A stretch of 16,922 bases of DNA from an uncultured bacterium (lineage in GTDB: Bacteria > Schekmanbacteria > GWA2-38-11 > J061): NCBI GenBank assembly GCA_964549305.1, contig CAZJVM010000054.1, forward strand, positions 1 through 16,922, in the 5' to 3' direction. Made by a program: the position numbers and the translations under genes. Under the pieces are notes generated by a model. It made no database searches. It saw nothing but the letters and a program-made list of their open reading frames with translations, and was not told the origin of the DNA. Positions 1-7,278 of this stretch are shown here, one piece after another; positions within the stretch are counted from its first letter, which is position 1; each line of letters starts with the position of its first letter.

Positions 1-54
1 AAAGGTGACATTTCTATTTTGCCGAAAACGAGACATTTCTAATTTGCCTTTACA
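1..54. mobile_element. Terminal end of an insertion sequence, IS1202/ISNCY-like (TGT...ACA ends with subterminal direct repeats); element body lies upstream of the window
   Basis: Two 17-nt direct repeats, GACATTTCTATTTTGCC (7-23) and GACATTTCTAATTTGCC (32-48), 16/17 identical with 25-nt period, followed by TTTACA ending at 54. This layout matches IS1202/IS481-type ends. No transposase in the window. Confidence 0.65.
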
Positions 55-69
55 CTATTAAAGAAACGG

Positions 70-96
70 TTGACATTCAATACATTATCTTATAAT
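70..96 (+). promoter_or_regulatory. Sigma70-type promoter of the etf/fix operon
   Basis: Perfect TTGACA (70-75) and TATAAT (91-96), but the spacer is only 15 nt; about 65 nt upstream of etfB. Confidence 0.55.
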
Positions 97-160
97 AGCG
101 ACGGCAGTTTAAATGTGAACAGTTAAAAAATTGTTGAGACAAAAAGAAGGAGGATGACGG

Positions 161-910
161 GTGAATATAGTAGTTTGTATGAAAAGAGTACCGGATACAG
201 CTACAAAAATCCGCATAAATAGCGAAAACAAAGCTATTGATGAAAGCGGAATTGAGTATGTAATTAATCCTTATGATGAATATGCCATCGAAGCGGGTCT
301 TCAGATTAAGGAAAAAGAAGGTGGAGAGGTGGTAATACTTACCCTTGATTCATCTGATGTCGCGCCTGTAGTGAGAAATGCTTTGGCAATGGGCGCCGAT
401 AGAGCGGTTATTTTGAAATGCGACAGGAAACCCGTAGATTCCTTTTCAACTGCATCTGCGCTTGCGGAAGGACTTAAAGGACTTAACCCCGATATTATCC
501 TTATGGGAAAGCAGGGAGTCGATTATGACAATTCGCAGATTGGTCCCATGGTTGCTCAACTCCTTGGAATTCCCTGTGTGAGTGTTGTCACAAAGCTTGA
601 AGTCAGTGACGGGAAAGCCGTTGCCAACAGACAGATAGAGGGCGGAGAGGAAGTGGTCGAATCTTCTCTTCCCGCAATCTTTACCGCGCAAAAAGGTTTG
701 AACGAACCGAGATACGCTTCTCTCAAAGGAATTATGGCGGCGAAAAAGAAAAAACTGGATGAGCAGGACGCGACGGTTTTAGAGGAATCAATAGAAGTTA
801 TTAAAATGGAAATTCCACCTGCAAGGGAAGGCGGAAAAATCGTCGGTGAAGGCGTAGATGCCGTTCCCGAGCTTGTAAAGGCTCTTCAGTTTGAAGCAAA
901 AGTTCTTTAA
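161..910 (+). CDS. etfB: Electron transfer flavoprotein beta subunit (EtfB/FixA family)
   Basis: MNIVVCMKRVPD, INPYDEYAIE, ALAMGADRA, GKQGVDYD and LNEPRYASLKGIMAAKKK motifs; GTG start preceded by AAGGAGG. Confidence 0.96.
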   Translation: MNIVVCMKRVPDTATKIRINSENKAIDESGIEYVINPYDEYAIEAGLQIKEKEGGEVVILTLDSSDVAPVVRNALAMGADRAVILKCDRKPVDSFSTASALAEGLKGLNPDIILMGKQGVDYDNSQIGPMVAQLLGIPCVSVVTKLEVSDGKAVANRQIEGGEEVVESSLPAIFTAQKGLNEPRYASLKGIMAAKKKKLDEQDATVLEESIEVIKMEIPPAREGGKIVGEGVDAVPELVKALQFEAKVL

Positions 911-957
911 AAGTGAAAATTAAAATTCTATATATTGAGATTTCGGAGGAAAGATAA

Positions 958-1944
958 ATGGGCAATAACATACTGGTTTTCGCTGAACAGAGAGAAGGCA
1001 AATTTAAGAAAAGTGCCTTTGAAGTAACCGGAACAGCGAAAAATATTGCAGGTAGCAATGGCGGACAAACGATAGCTCTCGTTATCGGTTCGGGCGTTGA
1101 AGGCATCGCCGGCGAACTTGGCGCTTACGGCGCTGACAAGGTTGTAGTTGCAGACAATGAAGCTCTCAAACTGTATTCGGGAGAGTTATATTCGTCGATA
1201 ATCATTGAGGAAGCTAAAAAGAATGACGCGGACACTATTATTATGCCTGCTTCGTCTATGGGCAGAGACCTTGCACCCCGTTGCGCGGCAATTACAGGAA
1301 GTGCTGTAGCCGCGGATGTAACGGTATTGGAAAACAGCGACGGAGCTCTTGTGGCGACAAGACCCGTATATGGAGGAAAAACTCTTATAAAGGTAAAATC
1401 GTCGAAGACTCCTTTCATAGTAAGCCTGAGACCCAATGTATTTCCCGTGCCTGAAAAAGAGGATGGCAAGTCGGCGGAAACGGCAAAATCAGAAGTGGCG
1501 GTAGCCGCTGATGCAATCAAAGCTCAGGTAAAGGAAATAGTCGCTTCCGCTTCGGGAAAAATTGACCTTACGGAAGCATCGGTTATAGTCGCGGGCGGAA
1601 GAGGGATGAAAGGTCCCGAAAACTTCAAGATTCTTGAAGAACTCGCGGATGCTTTAGGCGGTGTAGTAGGTGCGTCGAGGTCTGCAGTTGATGCCGGCTG
1701 GATTCCTCAGTCCGAGCAGGTTGGACAGACCGGTAAAGTAGTATCTCCTCAGCTTTACATTGCCTGCGGTGTATCAGGCGCGATTCAGCATCTTGCGGGA
1801 ATGTCGTCATCGAAATGTATAGTGGCTGTCAATAAAGATCCTGAAGCGCCGATTTTTCAGGTTGCGGATTACGGCATAGTAGGTGACCTTTTTGAAGTTG
1901 TTCCTGCTTTGACTGCGGAAGTCAAAAAAGTTGTTGGAAGCTGA
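958..1944 (+). CDS. etfA: Electron transfer flavoprotein alpha subunit (EtfA/FixB family)
   Basis: FAD-binding C-terminal motifs GGRGM, GASRSAVDAGW, QVGQTGKVV, GVSGAIQHLAGM and NKDPEAPIF; SD GGAGG. Confidence 0.97.
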   Translation: MGNNILVFAEQREGKFKKSAFEVTGTAKNIAGSNGGQTIALVIGSGVEGIAGELGAYGADKVVVADNEALKLYSGELYSSIIIEEAKKNDADTIIMPASSMGRDLAPRCAAITGSAVAADVTVLENSDGALVATRPVYGGKTLIKVKSSKTPFIVSLRPNVFPVPEKEDGKSAETAKSEVAVAADAIKAQVKEIVASASGKIDLTEASVIVAGGRGMKGPENFKILEELADALGGVVGASRSAVDAGWIPQSEQVGQTGKVVSPQLYIACGVSGAIQHLAGMSSSKCIVAVNKDPEAPIFQVADYGIVGDLFEVVPALTAEVKKVVGS

Positions 1945-2019
1945 TAAAAATATTTTCTTGTTAATCCAGAATATAAACCGGCTTGCATATAACAGAGAGC
2001 TAAAACAGGAGACAATGCC

Positions 2020-3339
2020 ATGGGTGATGAAGAGCTTTTAAAATTTGACGCGATTGTTATAGGCGGAGGACCGTCTGGAATGAGTGCCGCTTATACTATG
2101 GCAAAAGCCGGAATGGATGTTGCCGTAATCGAAAGAGGCGAATATCCGGGGTCAAAAAACCTCTTCGGGGGAATTCTTTTTACTACTATACTCAATAAGC
2201 TTATTCCCAATTTCTGGGAAAAAGCTCCTGTTGAAAGAAATGTCATATGCAGAAAATTTTCCTATCTTACCGAAGACAGTCAGGTAGCTCTCGAATTTAA
2301 AACAGAAAAATATAACACACCTCCCTATAACAACACATTTACCGTTTTAAGGTCAAAATTTGACAGATGGTTTTCAGAAGAAACGGAAGCTATCTTTAAT
2401 GATAATTCATTCATCTTCAGCGGATTTGCCGTTGTGGATGTCATAAAGGAAGGGAATAAAATTGTCGGTGTAATGACCGACAAAGAAGGCCCTATGTATG
2501 CCGATGTAGTTATCTGCGCGGAAGGCGCTAATTCCCTTGTCGCCGAAAAAGCCGGAATTAAGAAAAAACCCGAACCACACGATATGGTGACGGGCGTAAA
2601 GGAAGTGATATCTCTGCCTCCCGAAGTAATTGAAGACCGCTTCGGAGTTGCCGGCAGTGAAGGTGTCGCGATAGAATTTTTCGGAAAGGCCGTTGACGGC
2701 ATGGTTGGCGGAGCTTTTATTTATACCAACAAAGACAGTCTTTCAGTAGGTATATCATGTTCGATTACAGATTTTACCAGTAAGAACGTAAATCCCAATG
2801 ATGTTTTGGACAGCTTCAAGGAGCATCCGGCAGTTAAGAATCTTTTGCGCGGAGGCGAAACCATAGAGTATTCGGCACATATGATTCCCGAATTCGGTTA
2901 TGACAAACTTCCGGAACTCGTGGGCGACGGAATAATTCTCGTTGGAGATACAGCGGGTTTCGTCAATACTTCCCACTATCACGAGGGGTCAAATCTCGCG
3001 ATGGCATCAGGCGTGATGGCAGGTGAAGCGGCAGTGCTCGCGAAACAGAAGGGGGATTATTCGGCAGAGACACTTTCAGTTTACAATGATAAACTCGACG
3101 ACAGCTTTGTGATGAAAGACCTTAAGAATTTCAGGAAAGCGGCAAAATTCCTTCATGGAAATCCTCAGGTGCTCAATGATTATCCCACTCAAATGGTCGA
3201 TACTCTTATAGAGTATTTTACGATTACCGAGAAATCAAAGGAAGCCATACGCAAAGATGTTATAGGCGGTTTGATAAAAGATGTGAAATTTATTAAGATG
3301 TTACTGGATATGAATAAAGCAAGGAAGGTGCTCTTATGA
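2020..3339 (+). CDS. fixC: FixC-family FAD-dependent oxidoreductase (ETF:quinone oxidoreductase flavoprotein)
   Basis: GGGPSG Rossmann motif, ERGEYPGSKNLFGG, RSKFDRWF, GGAFIYTNKDSLSVG, EYSAHMIPE, LVGDTAG and GSNLAMASG; follows etfBA. Confidence 0.92.
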   Translation: MGDEELLKFDAIVIGGGPSGMSAAYTMAKAGMDVAVIERGEYPGSKNLFGGILFTTILNKLIPNFWEKAPVERNVICRKFSYLTEDSQVALEFKTEKYNTPPYNNTFTVLRSKFDRWFSEETEAIFNDNSFIFSGFAVVDVIKEGNKIVGVMTDKEGPMYADVVICAEGANSLVAEKAGIKKKPEPHDMVTGVKEVISLPPEVIEDRFGVAGSEGVAIEFFGKAVDGMVGGAFIYTNKDSLSVGISCSITDFTSKNVNPNDVLDSFKEHPAVKNLLRGGETIEYSAHMIPEFGYDKLPELVGDGIILVGDTAGFVNTSHYHEGSNLAMASGVMAGEAAVLAKQKGDYSAETLSVYNDKLDDSFVMKDLKNFRKAAKFLHGNPQVLNDYPTQMVDTLIEYFTITEKSKEAIRKDVIGGLIKDVKFIKMLLDMNKARKVLL

Positions 3340-3650
3340 AGATGGATGAAGCTTTAAAAGAACCTAAAAAATTAACTCTTGAAGACAAGCTTTTTACTGT
3401 TAAATATAATCTTTCCAAGGAAAGTCATATAGAGATAACTCACGAAATATGCCCGAAGTGCACCACTAACCGCATCTGCCTTACAATATGCCCGGCAAAG
3501 GTGTATGAAGAGGAAGAGGGAAGCGACAAAGTGCATATTTCTTTTGAAAACTGTCTTGAATGCGGTACCTGCAGGGTTGCGTGCACAGATGACGCAATAG
3601 ATTGGCAATGCCCTCAGGGCGGTATGGGTGTCTGCTATCGTTGCGGTTAA
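3336..3650 (+). CDS. fixX: FixX-family ferredoxin-like protein
   Basis: CPKC-x5-CLTICPA and CLECGTCRVAC cluster motifs, C-terminal W-x-x-PQGGMGV-x-YR-x-G typical of FixX; ATGA overlap with the fixC stop (ATG at 3342 is an alternative start). Confidence 0.92.
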   Translation: MKMDEALKEPKKLTLEDKLFTVKYNLSKESHIEITHEICPKCTTNRICLTICPAKVYEEEEGSDKVHISFENCLECGTCRVACTDDAIDWQCPQGGMGVCYRCG

Positions 3651-3696
3651 ACAGTTTATATCATCAATTTTTTTCATACCTCATCTGCTTTCCTGT

Positions 3697-3724
3697 GAAA
3701 AGTCAATTGCTGAAGTGACTTTTC
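3697..3724. other. Stem-loop downstream of fixX
   Basis: GAAAAGTCA (3697-3705) / TGACTTTTC (3716-3724), perfect 9-bp inverted repeat, extendable by TTCC/GGAA; no clean U-tract. Confidence 0.45.
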
Positions 3725-3766
3725 GGGGAATCTGTTGAAAATATTTTTTTTCTTCAAATAAAGTAT

Positions 3767-3795
3767 CCTGAAAAATCTACAGCAGGTTTTTCAGG
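3767..3795. other. Second stem-loop downstream of fixX
   Basis: CCTGAAAAATCT-acagc-AGGTTTTTCAGG, a 12-bp stem with one G-U pair. Confidence 0.5.
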
Positions 3796-3853
3796 GAAGT
3801 GAATTAAGGAAGTAAAGAAGATATAACCCCTGTTTTGTCCTACATCACATCTT

Positions 3854-3878
3854 ACTCCGGCTTAATCCGGAAAATGAC
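3854..3878 (-). repeat. Solo, degenerate CGTC-tagged palindromic (REP-like) unit
   Basis: Minus strand reads (c)GTCAT-TTTCCGG-attaag-CCGGAGT, the same layout as the units at 7850-7960. Confidence 0.5.
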
Positions 3879-3949
3879 GAATTCTGAAGCACTTCTTTAT
3901 GGCGAAAGTTTTTTTTAAAAAATACGACTGTTGAACACTTGATATCCCG

Positions 3950-3970
3950 ATATATAGATTCGCTATATAT
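3950..3970. promoter_or_regulatory. Palindromic candidate operator upstream of the DUF1566 gene
   Basis: ATATATAG-attcg-CTATATAT, a perfect 8-bp inverted repeat just downstream of TTGAAC/TTGATA -35-like hexamers. Confidence 0.35.
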
Positions 3971-4040
3971 GTTTTAACAGTAAACAGCTGATGTTTTTCA
4001 TATGAGCGATGTCAATAAAAATGTCTTGTGGGAGATTTTA

Positions 4041-5573
4041 GTGAGTCGAATAAAATCATTATTCCTTCCATCATTTATTATTACTCTTGTTTTTATTCCT
4101 TCTATACTTGACGCGGCAGGGACAGCACAGATTCCACAGACAGGATTTAAAGCAAGTTATTATGTCGGAGATGACGGTTATATCAGGGCAGGTGTTGGAT
4201 GGCCCGATAAGCGTTTTACAGATAACGCTAATGAAACTGTAACGGACAACCTTTCGGGATTAATATGGACAAAAAATGGAAACCTTATGGAAACAAGGGA
4301 TTCGTATTTTGACAATGATGATATAGAAGGTGATGGTAAAGTTGTATGGCAACATGCTTTGGATTATATCGCAGAGCTAAACTCTGATAAATACCTTGGA
4401 TATAACGATTGGCGATTGCCAAACAGGAAAGAGCTTAGAAGTCTTGCTGACTATTCAAGAATTAATCCTGCCCTGAATGAAGAAACCCGGACAGTGTTTA
4501 TGAATGTGCATTCAGGTTACTATTGGTCGTCTTCCACATATGCCGAACATACTTTTCAAGCCTGGTATATCCATATGGGCGATGGCGGTGTGGTGAATAG
4601 CAGTAAGTTGGGGTATGGATATGTTTGGCCTGTTCGTGCCGGACAATGCGGGTCATCTCAGAATTCGGTCATTTGTTTGCCACAGACAGGGGTGACAAAA
4701 TGTTATGATGAAAATGGTGATTCAAGAGATTGTTTGGCTACAGGGGAAGACGGGGAATTAAAGAATGGGCTTGAAGAAATACCATTACGGTTTACAAATC
4801 CCGATGGTACAACGGTTTTAGGTGATATTGTTTTGGATAATCAATCAGGTTTAATGTGGACAAAAGACGCGGCGTTGACGGAACCGATAAAATGGGAAAA
4901 GGCACTTGATTATGTGGCACTTCTCAACAGCAGCGAATATCTTGGATACAGCGATTGGCGCCTTCCAAATGTAAATGAACTTGAAAGCCTGATAAATGCA
5001 GGTGAACCGGAAACTGCTATTTGGCTTGACGCTCAGGGGTTCAGCAATGTGCAGACTTCCTTTTATTGGTCGTCTTCCACTTACGCCGGCAACAGCATAA
5101 AAGCTTGGAGTGTCAATGTAAACCATGGATATCTGCACGAATACCATAAGTACAGCAGTAGGTATGTTTGGCCTGTTCGTGCCGGACAGATTGAGCCATT
5201 TGATTCTTCCCGCCTGGCAGATATAACTATGCCGTTTTTAAAAGTTCCGGGGAAGGTAAAAAGAGGAAAGAAGATAAAAATAAAATCTGTAGTAAGAAAC
5301 GAAGGAGATGCAAAGGCGTCTAATTTTGAAATTGTCTTTTATCTGACAAAGAACAAAAGCTTGTATGTAAGAGGCGGAGAAATTTTTGTAAAACGTTTAT
5401 TTGTCCGTTCAATTCATAAAAATGACAGTAGAAAATTTGTATTTAAAGTAAAAATGCCAAGTGTTTCGAAAGGGAAATATGCAATAAAGGCGGTTTGCGA
5501 CAGTGATAATGGTGTTGAAGAATCAAATAAAGGCAACAATGTAAGAGTATCGAAAAGGATTAGAGTCAAATAG
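4041..5573 (+). CDS. Secreted protein with two tandem DUF1566 (Lcl C-terminal, CLec-fold) domains and a basic C-terminal CARDB/Ig-like domain
   Basis: Twice-repeated PQTG...DG...G...RFT...D-N-x-SGL-x-WTK...W-x-x-ALDY...LGY-x-DWRLPN-x-x-EL-x-SL...YWSSST...AW...YVWPVRAGQ. C-terminus has VRNEG...F.I.FYL...G.Y.I.A..DS.N.V.ESN..NN (CARDB-like). Preferred start is GTG 4041 (SD GGGAG at 4030-4034, then signal peptide SRIKSLFLPSFIITLVFIPSILDAA); the ORF track starts at 4002. Confidence 0.88.
   Translation: MSRIKSLFLPSFIITLVFIPSILDAAGTAQIPQTGFKASYYVGDDGYIRAGVGWPDKRFTDNANETVTDNLSGLIWTKNGNLMETRDSYFDNDDIEGDGKVVWQHALDYIAELNSDKYLGYNDWRLPNRKELRSLADYSRINPALNEETRTVFMNVHSGYYWSSSTYAEHTFQAWYIHMGDGGVVNSSKLGYGYVWPVRAGQCGSSQNSVICLPQTGVTKCYDENGDSRDCLATGEDGELKNGLEEIPLRFTNPDGTTVLGDIVLDNQSGLMWTKDAALTEPIKWEKALDYVALLNSSEYLGYSDWRLPNVNELESLINAGEPETAIWLDAQGFSNVQTSFYWSSSTYAGNSIKAWSVNVNHGYLHEYHKYSSRYVWPVRAGQIEPFDSSRLADITMPFLKVPGKVKRGKKIKIKSVVRNEGDAKASNFEIVFYLTKNKSLYVRGGEIFVKRLFVRSIHKNDSRKFVFKVKMPSVSKGKYAIKAVCDSDNGVEESNKGNNVRVSKRIRVK
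4521..4645 (+). repeat. DGR variable-repeat-like segment 1
   Basis: 125 nt; shares identical 17-nt 5' (TATTGGTCGTCTTCCAC) and 26-nt 3' (TATGTTTGGCCTGTTCGTGCCGGACA) flanks with 5064-5188; core is highly divergent. Confidence 0.6.
5064..5188 (+). repeat. DGR variable-repeat-like segment 2
   Basis: Gap-free counterpart of 4521-4645 at an offset of 543 nt. Confidence 0.6.
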
Positions 5574-5693
5574 ATTTAGGCAAACAAAAACTGTTTAGTA
5601 GATGTTTCAGTGTTGCCCATTCCTCTTCATTAAAATCGCTTCTCCCAATCCCTGAGTCTGACTGTCTTTGTGTGGTCTATGAAAAACCGTACA

Positions 5694-5726
5694 TTTTTGA
5701 CGCACATTTATTTAAAACGTCAAAAA
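5694..5726. promoter_or_regulatory. Inverted repeat, candidate enhancer (UAS) for a sigma54 activator
   Basis: TTTTTGACG-N15-CGTCAAAAA, a perfect 9-bp inverted repeat about 125-160 nt upstream of the -24 box. Confidence 0.55.
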
Positions 5727-5851
5727 AAGAACAGATGACAATTTATTCCCCACAAAAGAAGGTCCCGGAGATATTATCAGCTAATAGGAAATGCTTAGTA
5801 AAAACAGTGTGTTTGGGTTTTGGAAAGAAACAATATTTTTTTGTGATTCTA

Positions 5852-5867
5852 TGGCACGATTCTTGCT
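5852..5867 (+). promoter_or_regulatory. Sigma54 (RpoN) -24/-12 promoter of fadL
   Basis: TGGCACG-ATTC-TTGCT is an exact match to the TGGCACG-N4-TTGCW consensus, about 40 nt upstream of the ATG. Confidence 0.85.
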
Positions 5868-5906
5868 ATAATACTGCCTTATTGTAATAGAAATTAAGGG
5901 GGAGAA

Positions 5907-7217
5907 ATGAAAAGATTAACGATTATTGTAATTTTTATTGTGTTTGCATTGATATTATCGTTTTCTTCAAAAGAGTCATATGCTAACGGATTCATTGTAG
6001 GAGAACAGGATGCCGAGGCAATGGGCGCGGGAGGCGCTTTTACAGCAAGAGCCGACAATCCTTCGGCAATATTTTATAATCCTGCCGGAATTACCCAGCT
6101 TGACGGAATAAACGCAAAACTCGGCACAACTTTAGTTACGGTACAAACAACATATCAAAAACCGGGAGGCGGAGACAAAAGCTCTAACAAGGACAGGATA
6201 GACACTCCCTCATATTTTTATCTGACCGGAAAGATAAATGAAAAATTCTCGGCAGGTTTCGGATTCTATCAGCCATACGGTCTTGCTTCCGATTGGCAGA
6301 GCAATTGGCCCGGACGCCATCTCGTAACTTATGCCCTTTTGCGGACATATTTCTTCAATCCGGTAATCGCGTGGAAACCAACGGAAAGAATTTCAATCGG
6401 ATTCGGTATTATCGGAGCATATTCTGACATTAACTTAAACAGTCGTCTTTCATACAGGAAAATTACAGAAGCTACGGGAGTGCCTCTTGCAGAAGGCATG
6501 CTTGATGGTGTTGAAGGACATTCAAGGTTAAGAGGTGAGGGCAGTGGCGCGGGAGTGAATGCGGGAATTCTTTACAAAGTAAATGATAAAATTAAAGTCG
6601 GGATTTCCTATCGCTCGCCAATAAGGATTAGATATTTCGGAAGGGCGGAATTCAGAAAATCGGACAGTCTCATAAGCCCTTTTGTCGCGGTGATAAATGC
6701 CTTGAATTTCAATTCCGATGTAAGAGCAAAAATAACAATGCCGCCTCAACTGCTTGCGGGGATTGCATTCAGCCCTACCGATAAACTTACTCTTGAATTT
6801 GATATAGACTGGCGGGGATGGTCACAGTTTGATACAATTAGAATCAGGTTTGAAGACAAGCGCGTTAACGGCGTGAAACTTAATTCTCACTGGAAGGATA
6901 CAATAACATACAGGGCAGGTGCCGATTACAAGATAAATGACAATATTTCACTGAGGGCAGGGTATGCTTATGACCCTACGTGTATTAAAAATAACCGGCT
7001 TGACCCTCTTGTGCCTGACAGCGACAAACACGCTGTAACCCTCGGCTTGGGATATAAATGGGACAAATGGACCTTTGATATATCGAATATGGCGCTCTTT
7101 TTTGAGACAGCTTCGACTCATACATCGAAAGCAGGATTCAACAATATGTTTGATTTTGACGCGAAATACAGGACATTTGCCAATCTTACATCAATAAGCA
7201 TTGGCTATAAATTTTAA
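5907..7217 (+). CDS. fadL: OmpP1/FadL/TodX family outer-membrane transporter for hydrophobic compounds
   Basis: Signal peptide ending SYA; hatch motif ANGF...AMGAGGAFTARADNPSAIFYNPAGITQL; PYGL; W-x-DT-x-x-YR-x-G, LRAGYAYD and PDSD motifs; C-terminal GYKF beta-barrel signal; SD GGGGAG. Confidence 0.93.
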   Translation: MKRLTIIVIFIVFALILSFSSKESYANGFIVGEQDAEAMGAGGAFTARADNPSAIFYNPAGITQLDGINAKLGTTLVTVQTTYQKPGGGDKSSNKDRIDTPSYFYLTGKINEKFSAGFGFYQPYGLASDWQSNWPGRHLVTYALLRTYFFNPVIAWKPTERISIGFGIIGAYSDINLNSRLSYRKITEATGVPLAEGMLDGVEGHSRLRGEGSGAGVNAGILYKVNDKIKVGISYRSPIRIRYFGRAEFRKSDSLISPFVAVINALNFNSDVRAKITMPPQLLAGIAFSPTDKLTLEFDIDWRGWSQFDTIRIRFEDKRVNGVKLNSHWKDTITYRAGADYKINDNISLRAGYAYDPTCIKNNRLDPLVPDSDKHAVTLGLGYKWDKWTFDISNMALFFETASTHTSKAGFNNMFDFDAKYRTFANLTSISIGYKF

Positions 7218-7278
7218 GATTATCATTTTAAATAACGATAACAGAAGCTTTTTGAAAACTTAATTTTGGAGGTTGCAT

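Noticed and set aside
113-130. Rex-like operator ATGTGAACAGTTAAAAAA upstream of etfB
   Set aside because: Only the left half resembles TTGTGAA-N4-TTCACAA; the right half is a poly-A run.
161-3650. Nitrogen-fixation role implied by the fix gene names
   Set aside because: No nif genes in the window, and FixABCX-like operons are common in non-diazotrophs.
446-3677. Antisense and alternate-frame ORFs over the etf/fix operon (446-691, 801-1106, 1125-1520, 1625-1810, 2325-2702, 2755-2982, 3372-3677)
   Set aside because: Shadows of well-supported genes, with no recognisable motifs.
5579-5617. Hairpin GGCAAACA...TGTTGCC after the DUF1566 gene as a terminator or DGR homing hairpin
   Set aside because: Weak, bulged stem without a U-tract, and about 390 nt from the nearest variable segment.
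5672-5887. 71-aa ORF upstream of fadL
   Set aside because: No SD or motif, and it runs through the enhancer and sigma54 promoter, so the region is better explained as regulatory DNA.
3651-5906. DGR template repeat or reverse transcriptase adjacent to the DUF1566 gene
   Set aside because: No AAC-rich copy of the variable segment in either flanking intergenic region and no RT-like ORF anywhere in the window.
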